A stretch of DNA of 64,000 nucleotides from positions 13,132 to 77,131 of the forward strand of contig CAMDDX010000001.1 in NCBI GenBank assembly GCA_945893075.1, written 5' to 3'. Within the stretch, counting starts at the first letter, position 1, and each line of letters begins with the position of its first letter. The notes beneath the pieces are model-generated. The model was not told the origin of the DNA and searched no databases. It saw only the letters and a program-made list of their open reading frames with translations. The position numbers and the translations under genes were made by a program. The stretch is from Planctomyces sp. SH-PL62 (GTDB lineage Bacteria; Planctomycetota; Planctomycetia; Planctomycetales; Planctomycetaceae). Shown here in pieces: positions 37,501-49,500 of the stretch.

Positions 37501-40500
37501 ACCGATCGAGCCAACCGCAAGCACACCTTTACGACGCTGCAAGCCACCGCTGAGAGCGCCGGCTTTGAAGGTCTCGACGCGCTGCAAGTCGCGGTCAGCG
37601 ATGTGACCGTCGCCATCAATCGCGGCATCACCGTGCTCGCGACGCCCGATGTCGTGACGAAGACGAACACGGTGTTCGACTTCACGCTGACCGACCGGAC
37701 GCTCGGCACGGTCACGTTCAGCTTCGGCGGCGAATCGCGCAGTTTCACCGCGACGGGCATCGAATCGAGCTTGCTGCGACGCAACAAAATTCGGCAGACG
37801 CTTGAAAGTCTGCCGGGGATCGGCGCTGGCAACGTCAGCGTGACTGGTGATTCCTACGCCGGCTTCCGCATCGAATTCATCGGCGACCGTGCGGGTGAAG
37901 ACCTGTCTTCGTTGAGTATCACCACGACCGAAGCGACCCCCTCTTCGACCGTGACACAGATCACCGCCGCCACCGCGGGACTCAACGAGATCAAGTACCT
38001 GACGTTCGATCTGCCGCGTCAGCAGCCGTCACCGATTGATGCCGCCGTCACGACCATCACTGAGCCAACCAACGGCACCGGCGGCGGCACGACCATCTAC
38101 TTCACCAATCCGTTTTCGGCGAGCGGCCACTACGACTTGAAGCTCGGCAATCGCACGGTTGATAAGCGTTACGCTCCTGGCGATGTGACCAACAACGCGG
38201 TGCGGCTGCGAGACGGCATCGCCTTTCTGCTGAACACTTCGACTGCCAATGTCACGGTCCAGTTCGACCAGAATTACCATGGCACGCATCGCTACTTCAT
38301 TTCCGTCCGCAATGGAGTGACCAGTCAGAGCTTGCTCGGTTTGCGCGTCGTCGATCGAGTCGACGACGGACTCGTCTATCTCAACGGCTCCTACACCGGA
38401 ACACCCGGAGACGCTGAGGAACAACTCGTCAGTCTGAGCTACGACGAGATGGCGACCGGTCAATTCCAACTCAGCCTGCGACGCGGCGCGTCGACGTTCA
38501 CGACCAGCGAACTGCCGCTGGGAGCATCGTCTGCCGACGTTCAATCGGCGCTGAACTCGGCACTCGGAAGCATTGCCGGGGCGAACATCACCGTCGCGGA
38601 CGGCGAGAGCATAGGGAGCTATGTGGTCACGTTTGGCGGCTCGTTGTCCGGCGAGAACATCAATCCGCTCTCGGTCTTTGCGAGCGTCGATGCACCGGGA
38701 CCAAGCGGATCCTTCACCATTTCCGTCGATGGCGAGAAGACCTCGCCGATCGAGTACTCGACCGACACCGCAACCTTCGCCGACAACATTCAAACGGCGC
38801 TCGTCGCGTTGACGAACATCGGCAGCAACAACGTCGCCGTGATGTTCGACACCACGAAGTCGGGGGACACTCACGACACCTTCCGCGTCGAGTTCATCAA
38901 CGGCCGCGCAAAGGAGAACATCCCCGACTTCTCCACCAATTCGTCGCTGCTGTCGCTCACGCGAGCGATCCCGACGCGCGAGAATCATGGCCGAGCGCCC
39001 ATTGCCGAGGGTCAGCGGATCGTCATCGGCACACCGGGACTCAGCGACACGGTTCGGATCAGCCTGACTCACGATGGTCAAACTTATCAGAGCGCTGAGT
39101 TCAACCGGCTCGCCGAGCAGGACGACGTGCAGGCTGCGATCAACAACGGCTTCACCAGCCTGCCCGGCGCGAGCGTCACGGTCGTCGTGTGGACTGGCAC
39201 GACTCTCAAGCTCACTTTCGGTGGAACACTGGCGGGAGTCGATGTTGCCGAGGTCGTCGTCGATCTGACGGTCAACAGCGTCGATCCACAACTGACGGTC
39301 GTCACCGCCGGCAGCACCGTCACCACGCCGGGAGTTCCCGAGCACGATGTCGTCGCTGACTTCGACACTCTGGCGCTTCCCGTCATCACCGGCGGCGTCC
39401 CGTTCGAACTGAACCTCGACGGCGCGGCGGGCGAATTGACGGAAGCGCGCGGGCATGTGTCGTTGAACATTGCGGAGTTCGTGACGGTGGAAGGGGACTT
39501 CGCGTTCCGCAAGGGTGAGTCGCAAGTCACGCTGGATGATGAGAGCCAGGTGAAAGTCAGCCTGCTGACGATTGGGGCGACGGGTGTGACGGCCTTCGCG
39601 GGTTTGGACGGTGGGACGCCGGAGGCGATCGGCTTCGGACTCGACGGCGTGGAATTCGGTTTGGTGCTGGCTCAGGAAGCGATTGCCGAGGGACCGGATC
39701 GGCAGTGGTTCGCACTCAAAGTCACGGCCGAGTCGGGGGGCTTCTACGGCAGCGATGTGTTGGAAGCGAGCGGCACGGACTTCACGGCGGAGATCACTCG
39801 CGGCGCGGCGGACGGCACGTTCATCGACCTGTTTGCCGATCCGCTCGACGTTCGCACGGGACCGGCGGAGGACTCGACGATCACGCTGGATATGGACAGC
39901 TCGGCCGGTCCGGTCACGCGCATCGAGGGGAATGTGAATCTGAATGTGGGCGGCTTCTTCCAAGTCACCGGCGGGTTCCACTTCGACAAGACGACCGCCG
40001 CAGTCACGCTGGCCGGCGGACCAGAAACCCGAAACGTCGATCAACTGCGGATTGGCGCGTCGCATGTGGAGGCCTTCGCGGGACTCAACGGCGGGACGGC
40101 GGATGAAGTCGGTCTGAAGCTCAGAGACGCGGACTTCGCTCTCGTGCTGAGCACGGAGCAAGTGACGGTCGGCGTGCCAGTTCAATGGACGACGCTCGTG
40201 GCCACTGCGGGGAGCGTCCAATTTGTCGGGGTCACAGGTTTGACGTTGTTGGCGTCGGATCTGAAAGTGGAAATCAACCGTGCATCGAACGGCGAAGTCA
40301 TCAACTACTCGGCCGAACCGCTGACGATCGCGACCGGTCCCGGTGAGTCCCTGGAAATCTCGATCGACGGCGCGCTGGGTTCGTTGACTCGTGCGAAAGC
40401 CACGGTCGATGTCAACCTGTTCGACTTCTTCACGGTCGCGGGGAGCTTCGAGTTCGTGAAGTCGCGTGGCAGCGTGACGCTGTCTGATGGCCAGCAGATC

Positions 40501-43500
40501 GACGCGGACATCGTGACGCTGGGTGGCGCGAACGTGAGCGCGTTCGCCGGGATCGACTTCGGCGACGGCGAGCAGGTGGGTCTGTCGCTGGGCGAAGCGA
40601 ACTTCGGCCTGGCATTGATCGTCGATCAGGCCCATCCGCAGAACAAGTTCACCTCGCTGCAAGCGACCGCCGAGAGCGCGGGCTTCCGCGGGCTGGACAT
40701 CCTGAATGTCTCGGCCAGTGATTTGTCGGTGGCGATCAATCGCGGCATCACGGTGGCGGCGACTCCGGAAGTCATCACGAAAACGAACTCGGTTTACGAC
40801 CTGAATGTCTTTGACGGCACGATCGGAAACCTGACCTTCAGCTACGGCGGCGACACGGAAACGCTGCTGCTGCGTGGCACGGAAAGCAATGCCTCACTGC
40901 GTGCCTCACTGGCGCTGACGGTGGCGAACTTGACCGGCATCGGGACTGGCAACGTGCAAGTCACGGGCAACAAGACGAACGGCTTCCAGATCGAATTCCT
41001 CGGCGCGCTCGCAGGGACCGACGTCACCGCCCTGACGGTCACCACGACCGTGCAGACTGCGACCAGCGAGGTCTCTCAAACCGTCGATTCGGACGCCGGT
41101 CTGACCGAAATCAAGTACCTGACGTTCAACCTGCCGCGCGTGCAGCCGACTCCGGTGAGCGCGAGCGTGGCGACGACGCAGACGGCGCTGGGAACGATCA
41201 GCGAGCAATTCGCGATCGAGTTCACGCAGCCGTACTTTTCGCGCGGGTTCTACGAGATCGCGTTGGGCGGGTCAGCGGCGCAAGTGCGGTTCGTCGGCAA
41301 CGACATCCAGAACAACGAACGTTACATCCGCGAGGCGGTGGCCGGACTGGCGGGAGTCTCGACGCAGTCGGTCTCGGTGTTCTTCGATCAGGGGCATCCG
41401 AACCAGCACCACTATTACGTGCGGTTTATTGGCAATGCGGTCGGTCAGAGCCTGTCGGGTCTGGCGGTGAGCGACCGCTTCGGGACCGGTTCCGCGCGGT
41501 TGTTGCGGAGCGGTTCGTCGAGTGCCGCCTACCTGGAGACCGGCCGGTCGTCCCGCTCAGAAGTTCAGCGAGTGACGATCAATGCCCACGACGCCGACGG
41601 TGAGTTCTCGTTGAGCCTGGATAATGGCAACACGACCTACTCGACGAGCGACCTGCCGTTCGAATCGAGTGCGTCCGACGTGCAGGCCGCGCTGAATGCT
41701 GCGTTCGGGATCTCCGGCGCGGTGTTCGCGGTGACGTCACCGGCGACGAACGTGTACGACGTGAGCTTCGGCGGTTCGCTGCGGGGCTTCAATGTCGCGT
41801 TGATGGAAATCAAAGCGGCGGCCATCACGCAGGTTCCCAGCGGGACATTCACGGTCGAGGTCGGCGGTCAGACGTCGCAGCCGATTGAGTTCGCGACCGA
41901 CACGACAGCGCAAGCTGCGAACATTCTGGCGAAGCTTCAATCGCTCAACGCCATCGGCAGCGGCAATGTGAGCGTGACTTACGACGCCGCGCGTTCGACC
42001 CTGCGGGCTAACGTGTTCCGAGTGGACTTCCTCAACGCCCGCACGCTGCAAGACATCCCGGACTTCACGACCGACAGCAGCGAACTGACTCTGGCCTCAG
42101 TCTCGCCGACGCGGGAACATCACGGCCAATCTCCGACGGCCGAGCAACAGCGAGTGCGCCTGCTGACGACGGCGAAGACGGGCACATTCACGCTGAGCCT
42201 GACTCACGGCGGCTCGGCTTACACGACAACTGCCATTGAGATCGGAGCGGATGCGGACTCGATCAACGCCGCGCTGGCAACCGCCTTCGCCAGCCTCAGT
42301 GGCGCGGAAGTCACGGTCGCGAGTTGGTCTGGTCGCACGTTCTCAGTCGCCTTCGGCGGCACGCTTGCCGGCCAAGATGTCGCGGCCCTCGCTGTCACGC
42401 TCAATCCGACGACCGTCGCGGCCGAACTGACTCAGACGGTGATCGGCAAGACTGACGTTACGCCGGCCGTCGCTGAACACGACGTCGTAGTCGACTACGC
42501 CGCGCAATCGCTGGAGATCCCGACCGGCGGCGAAGCGATCACGCTCGACATGGACGGCGCGGACGGCGAACTGACCGAAGCCTTCGGGCAAATCGAAATC
42601 ACCGTCTCAGAGTTCCTGACGGTCGATGGCGAAATCGCGTTCCGCCGAGCGGATTCCCAAGTGCATGTGCTCGGTGAAACCGATCCGGTCGCCGTCAGTT
42701 TGCTGACCATCGGCGGCAAGAATCTCAACGCCTTTGCCGGACTCAACGGCGGCACGCCCGACGCGATCGGGCTGACGCTCAGCAACGTCGAATTCGCCGT
42801 CGCCTTTGCGACTCAGGTGATCGACTCCGCCCCGGATCGCAAGTGGTTGAGCGTCAAAGCAACCGCCGAGGAAGCGGGTTTTGTCGGCAGCGACGTGCTC
42901 AACATTATCGGTTCCGATCTGACCGTCGAAATCACACGTCCCGCGACGGACATGTCGTTCCTCGATCTGGTGAATCATCCGATCGAAGTCCGCACCGGCA
43001 CCGGCGATGATGACAAGGTTTTGCTCGATCTGGACAGCAGCGCCGGCCCGGTGACGCGCGTCGAAGGGACGCTCGACATTCAAGTCGGCAACTTCTTCCA
43101 GACGGCCGGCACTTTTCACATCGACAAAACGCAAGCAGCATTGGTCGAGTCTGGTCCGGGAACCGCCGCTCCAGCGGAAACGGTCGATCTGCTGCTGATC
43201 GGTGCGACGAACGTCTCTGCGTTCGTGGGACTCAACGGGGGCTTGGACGACGCGCTGGGATTGACCGCCACCAACGTCAACTTCGGTCTGATGATCGCGA
43301 CCTCTCAAGCCGATCCGTCGAAGGACTGGACGGCTCTGAAGGCGTCCGCCGGCAGCGTTGCGTTTCTCGGCATCGACGGACTGACGATGTCCGCCAGCGC
43401 CGTCGAGATCGAAATCAACACCGCCGCGCCGGGTGAGACGGTGCTCGACTTCTCCACCGCGCCGCTGGTCATTCAAACCGGCGGCACACCAGTCACGCTC

Positions 43501-46500
43501 GACTTCGACGGCGATCGCGGCGAACTGTTCCGCGCGCGAGCCGACATTGAGATCGACTTGTTCGGCGTGTTCCAAGTCAGCGGAGCGTTTGAATTCAACA
43601 AGTCCAGCGACCAAGTCACGCTCTCCGACGGCGAGCAGATCGATGTGGACTTGCTGACTATCGGCGGCAGCAACATCTCGGCTTTCGCGGGGCTCAGCGG
43701 CGGGACCGACGACGCGCTCGGTTTTGGATTGACCGGAGCCAACTTCGCACTCGCGCTGATGACCGATCAGGACGACCCGTCGCGATCGTTCACCGCGCTG
43801 CAAGCGGACGCCAACGGCGCGTCGCTCACCGGCATCGACGGGCTGACGGTCGCCGCGACCGATCTGCAGGTCGCGATCAATCGCGGGCTCATCGTGCCGA
43901 CCAAAGACGAAGAAGTCGTGATGAAGACCAACGCGGTCTACGACTTCAATCTGTTCACCGAAACCATCGGCACGGTCACGTTCCATTACGGTTCGGATTC
44001 CGCCGACCTCGTGCTTCGCGGCAACGAAGGCAATCTTCATCTGCGGAACGCGATCGCACTGACGGTGGCCAGTCTCGACGGCATCGGCTCGAACAACGTC
44101 CAAGTGACCGGCACGAAACTCAGCGGCTTCCAGATTGAATTCGTCGGAACCCTCGCTGGTGCGGTGATCGACGGCTTCACGGTCACGACGGCTGCCGCCA
44201 GTGCCACGGCCACCGCCACGCAGCAAACGGCGGCTGATCCGGGTCAGAGCGAGATCAAATTCATCACGATCGAAACCCCGCGCGTCGTTTCACCGAACCC
44301 GCAGCCCAGCGGCAGCTTCACGATCAAGGTCAGCGGCGAGACTTCGACCGTCATCTATTCGGCATCGCACACTGCGCAAGCCGCGAATATCCAGGCCGCG
44401 CTCGACGCTTTCACCGCCGTCGGCTCCGGCAATTCGACGGTTGTGTTCGACGCGACGAAATCCACGCCGACCGCTGCCGTTTATCGCATCGACTTCGTGG
44501 GCGCTCGAGCGTTGCAGAACATCCCGGACTTCTCGACCAACAACAGCCTCCTTTCGCGTGCGACCGCCAGACCGTCGCGCGAACAGCACGGACATGAGCC
44601 GAGTTCCGAGACGCAGAAAGTCGTCCTGAAGACCAGCGCGCGGACCGGCAGTTTCACGCTGGCGCTGACGCATGGCGGGCAGACTTACACGACGGCGGCG
44701 ATCGACCTGGCCGCCGATCAGACCGCCGTGCAAGCGGCGATCGATTCTGCGATCAGCGGACTCGCGGGAGCCACGATCCCCGTCACGTTCTGGAACGGCA
44801 AGGTGCTGGAAGTCACCTTCGGCGGCTCGCTGACCGGAGTCGATGTCACGCTGTTGAATGCCGTCATCACACCGACCGTCGAAGCGGCCACGCTCACACA
44901 AATTGAAGTCGGCAGCACGCTCGTTGATCCGGAAGTTCTCGCGCACACGCTCGTCGTCGACTTCGCGGCTCAGGAACTCGTCGTGCCGACTGGCGGCGCT
45001 CCGATCACGCTCAACATGGACGGCCAGCGCGGCGAGATCACCGAAGCCGGTGCGCATCTGGAACTGGGTCTCGACGACTTCGCGACGGCGGAAGGGGACT
45101 TCCTGGTCACCTTCACGTCGCAAGTCACAGGGACGATCACGAACGAGAAGCTGACCGTGGCCGGCACCGACATCAGTGCGTTTGTCGGCACCGGACAGCG
45201 CACGGCCGACGAGACCGGCCTCAAGCTGGAAGATGGTTCGTTCGCGCTGGTCGCTTACCAGAAGCTCGATTCGACTCTGACGACACAGCTCGATCCGAAG
45301 TACGCCTTCACGACCACAGCCACGGCCAGCCTGGTCGGCATCAGCGGCATCACCGGCAGCGGCACATTGACGGCGCGAGTGAACTACACGGGCGAGGCAG
45401 TCGATGAGGAAATCCAGACGCTCGGCGACCCGATCGAGGTGAAGTTCGCGGACGGCGTCGAACGTCCGATCGTCTTCGGCAACGCCACGCTGAGCCTGGC
45501 CGGGTTCGTCGATGTCAGCGGCGATTTCTACTTCGAGAAGTCCGCTGCGACCGTCGGCGACATTACCACCACGACAATCACTGCCGCCGCCACGGCACTC
45601 GATGTCTTCATCGGCATCGGCGGCGGAGCGGATGTGGTCGGCGCGGAGACTCCGATCGGAGTCCGCATCAACGACACGACTTTGGCCGTCATCTTTGAGA
45701 CGCATGTCGATGCGACGCCCACCGTCGAGCCAATCGTCGCAAAGACCAGTGGCTACGCGGTCACAGCCACGGGCGATGCGGAACTGGTCGGCGTCGAGGG
45801 CCTCTCGTTGGCCGGTACGCTGACCGCCAGCGTCAACACGACCGGCCACGCGATCAACCGGACGATCAACGTTCCCGATTCCAGCGGCGGCCCGGATGTC
45901 GGGGTCTCGATCGTCTTTGCGAACGGCGAGAACGTTCCGACCTTCATCGGCGACAACGTGACGCTCAACATCGCCAACCTGATCGAACTGAGCGCGGATG
46001 TCCTCATCGAAAAGCACACGACGGCCGACATGCAGACGCAGCTTCTGATCGGAGCGGAAGACATCAGTGCGTTCCTGGGAGTCGATGCCGGGACTCCGGA
46101 GGCGATTGGGCTGACCTTCACCGATGGCACGCTCGGTGCGGTGCTGACATCAGGCGGCCCGGCTGGCACGCGCGGCGGCGTCGCGATCAAGGGTTCGGGC
46201 ACTGTCGGACTGACCGGCGCGGGTCTGGAAAACATCGGCCTCACCGGTACGGTCAGCATTGAAGTCAATACGACCGGCGGGACGGTCAATCAAACGGTTC
46301 AACAACGAACGGAAGTGGCGACAGAGGTCATCTTCACCGATGCCACGACCATCAGCCGCATCTCGCCGCCGACCGACTTCGACATCAGGCTCGACGAACA
46401 GACGTTTGTCACTGGTTTGTTTGAGGATCTCGCCGGTGAGATCGACGAACTCAATGAAGACTTGCAGGTCACGACCGACAGCGACGGCAATCGCATCGCC

Positions 46501-49500
46501 AACAGTCCGCTGGTGGAATTGATCCCCGGTACGGACCTGTCGATTGATGATCTCATCGGAGCCGGGAAGCTGACCGGAGCGGGCAAATACATCAACTTCT
46601 ACCTCGCGTATCTGAATTACCTGAGCGATCTCGACAAGCATCAAGACGGAACTTTGCCCGCTGAGCCGCAGTCGCCAGCGAATCCCGGCAACTTGCCGAA
46701 CCCGGTCACACCGCCGAGGCCGATGGACAACAACCTGACGCATCAGCTCAACCTGGCGAGCGGCACGAACGGCAACCTCGCGAACGGCACATCCACCTTC
46801 ACCGCCGTCGGCGCTACCTTCACGAGCACGCTGGCGGGCAAGCACCTGGCGTTCCTCGACGCATCCGGAAACATCGACCAGACGTTTCAAATCGCCTCGG
46901 TGACGAACGGCACGACGCTGGAGTTGACCACCACCGTCGCCACTGAGTCATTCGCCGGTCGCTCGTTCGTCATCCGCGAACAAGTGCCGGTGAACACCTT
47001 AACGGTGACGGAGCCGACCTTGCGCGGCCTGCTGGCCTATTTGAACTTGTCCTGGATTCCGACCATCAGCTCGAATCCGGCTGACGGCATCGAGCTGACG
47101 CTGACCAGTCGCGGTGTCGGTTTAAGCGTCGCGCTCTCGACGACACAGATGAAGACCACCAAGTTGAACTTCGGTGATGCGTTCAACGAATTCGGGCTGA
47201 AGTTCAGCACGGACGCGACTGTTGACTTGAATGTGAGCACCGCCATCGATGTCGCGTTCGGCGTGGATTGGGTCGATCAGAAAGCGCGGTTCGATGTCAA
47301 CACGCTCGCTCTGACGGCGAAGGCCACGACGGACGACCTCCTCCTCGCGGCGAGCTTCGGGCCGATCGAAGTCAGCATCGGCAGCGACAGTCCGGACGCA
47401 CAGAAAGGCCAGATCAGCGTCGCTCTCGGCGGATCAATCTCGTATGTGAATGGCGGCTTCACCTTCAAGCCGCAGAAGAACGGCTTCGATGCGGTGCTGC
47501 CGGTGTATGCGTCGCTCGCCGGAGTCAATCTGTCGAACGGTCCGACTCCGACGGCGCGTGTCAGCGGCGGGTTCTTCAATAAGGTTGATCTCAAGACGGG
47601 CACGGACGGTTCGGTGGCTGCCGGCCAGAAGACGTTCACGGCCGTGGGCGCGGACCTCATCGGCGTGCTGAAGAACGGCACGAACGGCTCGGTGGCTGCC
47701 AGTAAGACGACGTTTGTGGCAGCAGGGGCCAACTTCACGGACGCGGCCAAGAACAAGTTCCTGTCGTTCCTCGACGACAGCGGCAAGATCGTGGCGACGT
47801 TCGGCGTCAGGGCCTTCACAGATAGCAGCACTCTGGAGCTGAAATCCGCTCCCGATGCAGCCTTCATGCTTCGTCCGTTCGTGTTGCACGAACTGGACCT
47901 GCGGGGCAAGTTCCTGTCGTTCAATGACAACAGCGGCAAAGTCGTCGCGACCTACGGAGTCAAGGGGGCCACGAACAGCACCACGCTGGAACTGACGACT
48001 GCTGCCGATGCAGCGTTCAGCAACCGTCCGTTCGTCGTGTTTCAGAACGAGAGCGGCTTTAGTTTCTCGCACGAGAATTTTGACAAGCTGATCGACTTCA
48101 AGAGTCTGACGGTCGCCCAGGTCATCCAGATGTTCCCGGACTTCCGCGACTACCTCGCCGATGAAGTCACGAACGCGGATTCGCTGCTGACGAAGATCCC
48201 GTTCGTCACGACCGCTCTCAATCAAGTGCTGCAATTCGCGAACGCCTTCGACGAGAAGATTTACTCGAAGGTCAACTTCAACTTGCCGCGCGAGGATTTG
48301 AAGACTGGCACGAACGGCTCGCTCGCCTCTGGCGCGAAGGATTTCACGGCTCCTGGAGCTGGTTTCAGCAGCAGCTTGCAGAGCAAGTTCCTCTCATTCC
48401 TCGACGACAGCGGCACGATCGTGGCGACGTTTGCCATCAAGACCGTCACAAACGACACGACGCTGCAATTGCAAACGGCGGCAGGAGCCACCTTCGCGAA
48501 CCGGCCGTTCGTCGTGCATGAGAAACTCGAGAAAGTGCAGACGCTGCAGCAGCTCACGGCCGCGATCAACAGCTCGGGCATTCTGGGTGGCGTGCAGATC
48601 ACGTTCGATCCGGTCAATCAGATCTTCAGCATCCCGCTGAGTTTCGCGCAGAGCTTCACTCCGGTTGATGCCGAGATTGATCTGGGCTTCGAGACCGACG
48701 GGATTTCGCTGGGCACGACGGCGCACGGAGCGATCAACGCCTCGGTCAGCGGCGGACTGTCGTTGTTCGTCGATCTTGACGGTCTGGTTTTCGACGGAAC
48801 TGGCGGCAACGTCGCGCTCGGCTCGAAGAACTTTTCGTCGAACAGCTTCACGTTCACGAACAAGATGGTCGGCTACGAGCTGAAACTTGGCGGCGAGTCT
48901 TACGAGATCAAATCATTCGTCGATGCCCGTCGAGTCACGCTCGATCGCAACGCGGTCGCCCTCGCCAGCAACGCAAGTTTCAAAGTCCGCGAAGGACTGA
49001 CGCTGGGAATCGCCGACGCGCAGCTCGACGGTTCCGTCTCGCTCGATGTCACGGACCTGACGGTCACCGCACAGCTCGGCTTCCTCGGCCTGACGGCCGG
49101 CGGAGCAGGTTCCGGTTCCGGCATTCACGTCGCCGCTGCGGCAGGGATTTCGCTCGATCGCAACATCGCCTCGAACAATCCCGCCGAAACGCGCTTCAGC
49201 TTCGCGGACATCTTTGACGGCACGGCGACCAACAATCTGCGGCTCGATTTCACGGGGGATGCGTTTGCTCGGATTCGCGGACTGTCGGTCAACGTGGGCA
49301 TCGGCGGCGACCTGCCAATCGCCTCGTCCGCCGAAGTCGGCATCTATGTGCAAGACCTGCTCAACGTCGGCAACGTGAGGACGGTCTTCAGCGATCCGTC
49401 GTTGCCGTTCTCGCTGGCCGCCGCGCGCGCCGCCGGAACCGTGACCGCGACGGACGTTGTCATCGCGTTGCCCGATCTCAGCGCGGCCTTCGACTTCAGC

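Noticed and set aside
38029-40662. 877-aa minus-strand ORF, plus the similar ones at 42607-44226, 44290-46017, 53839-55473, 55684-57465, 59389-60420 and 62917-63909.
   Set aside because: All of them overlap the giant forward ORF on the opposite strand. Their compositions are dominated by R, D, V, G and A, and no recognisable domains are present. The forward frame has coherent repeated protein modules at the same coordinates.
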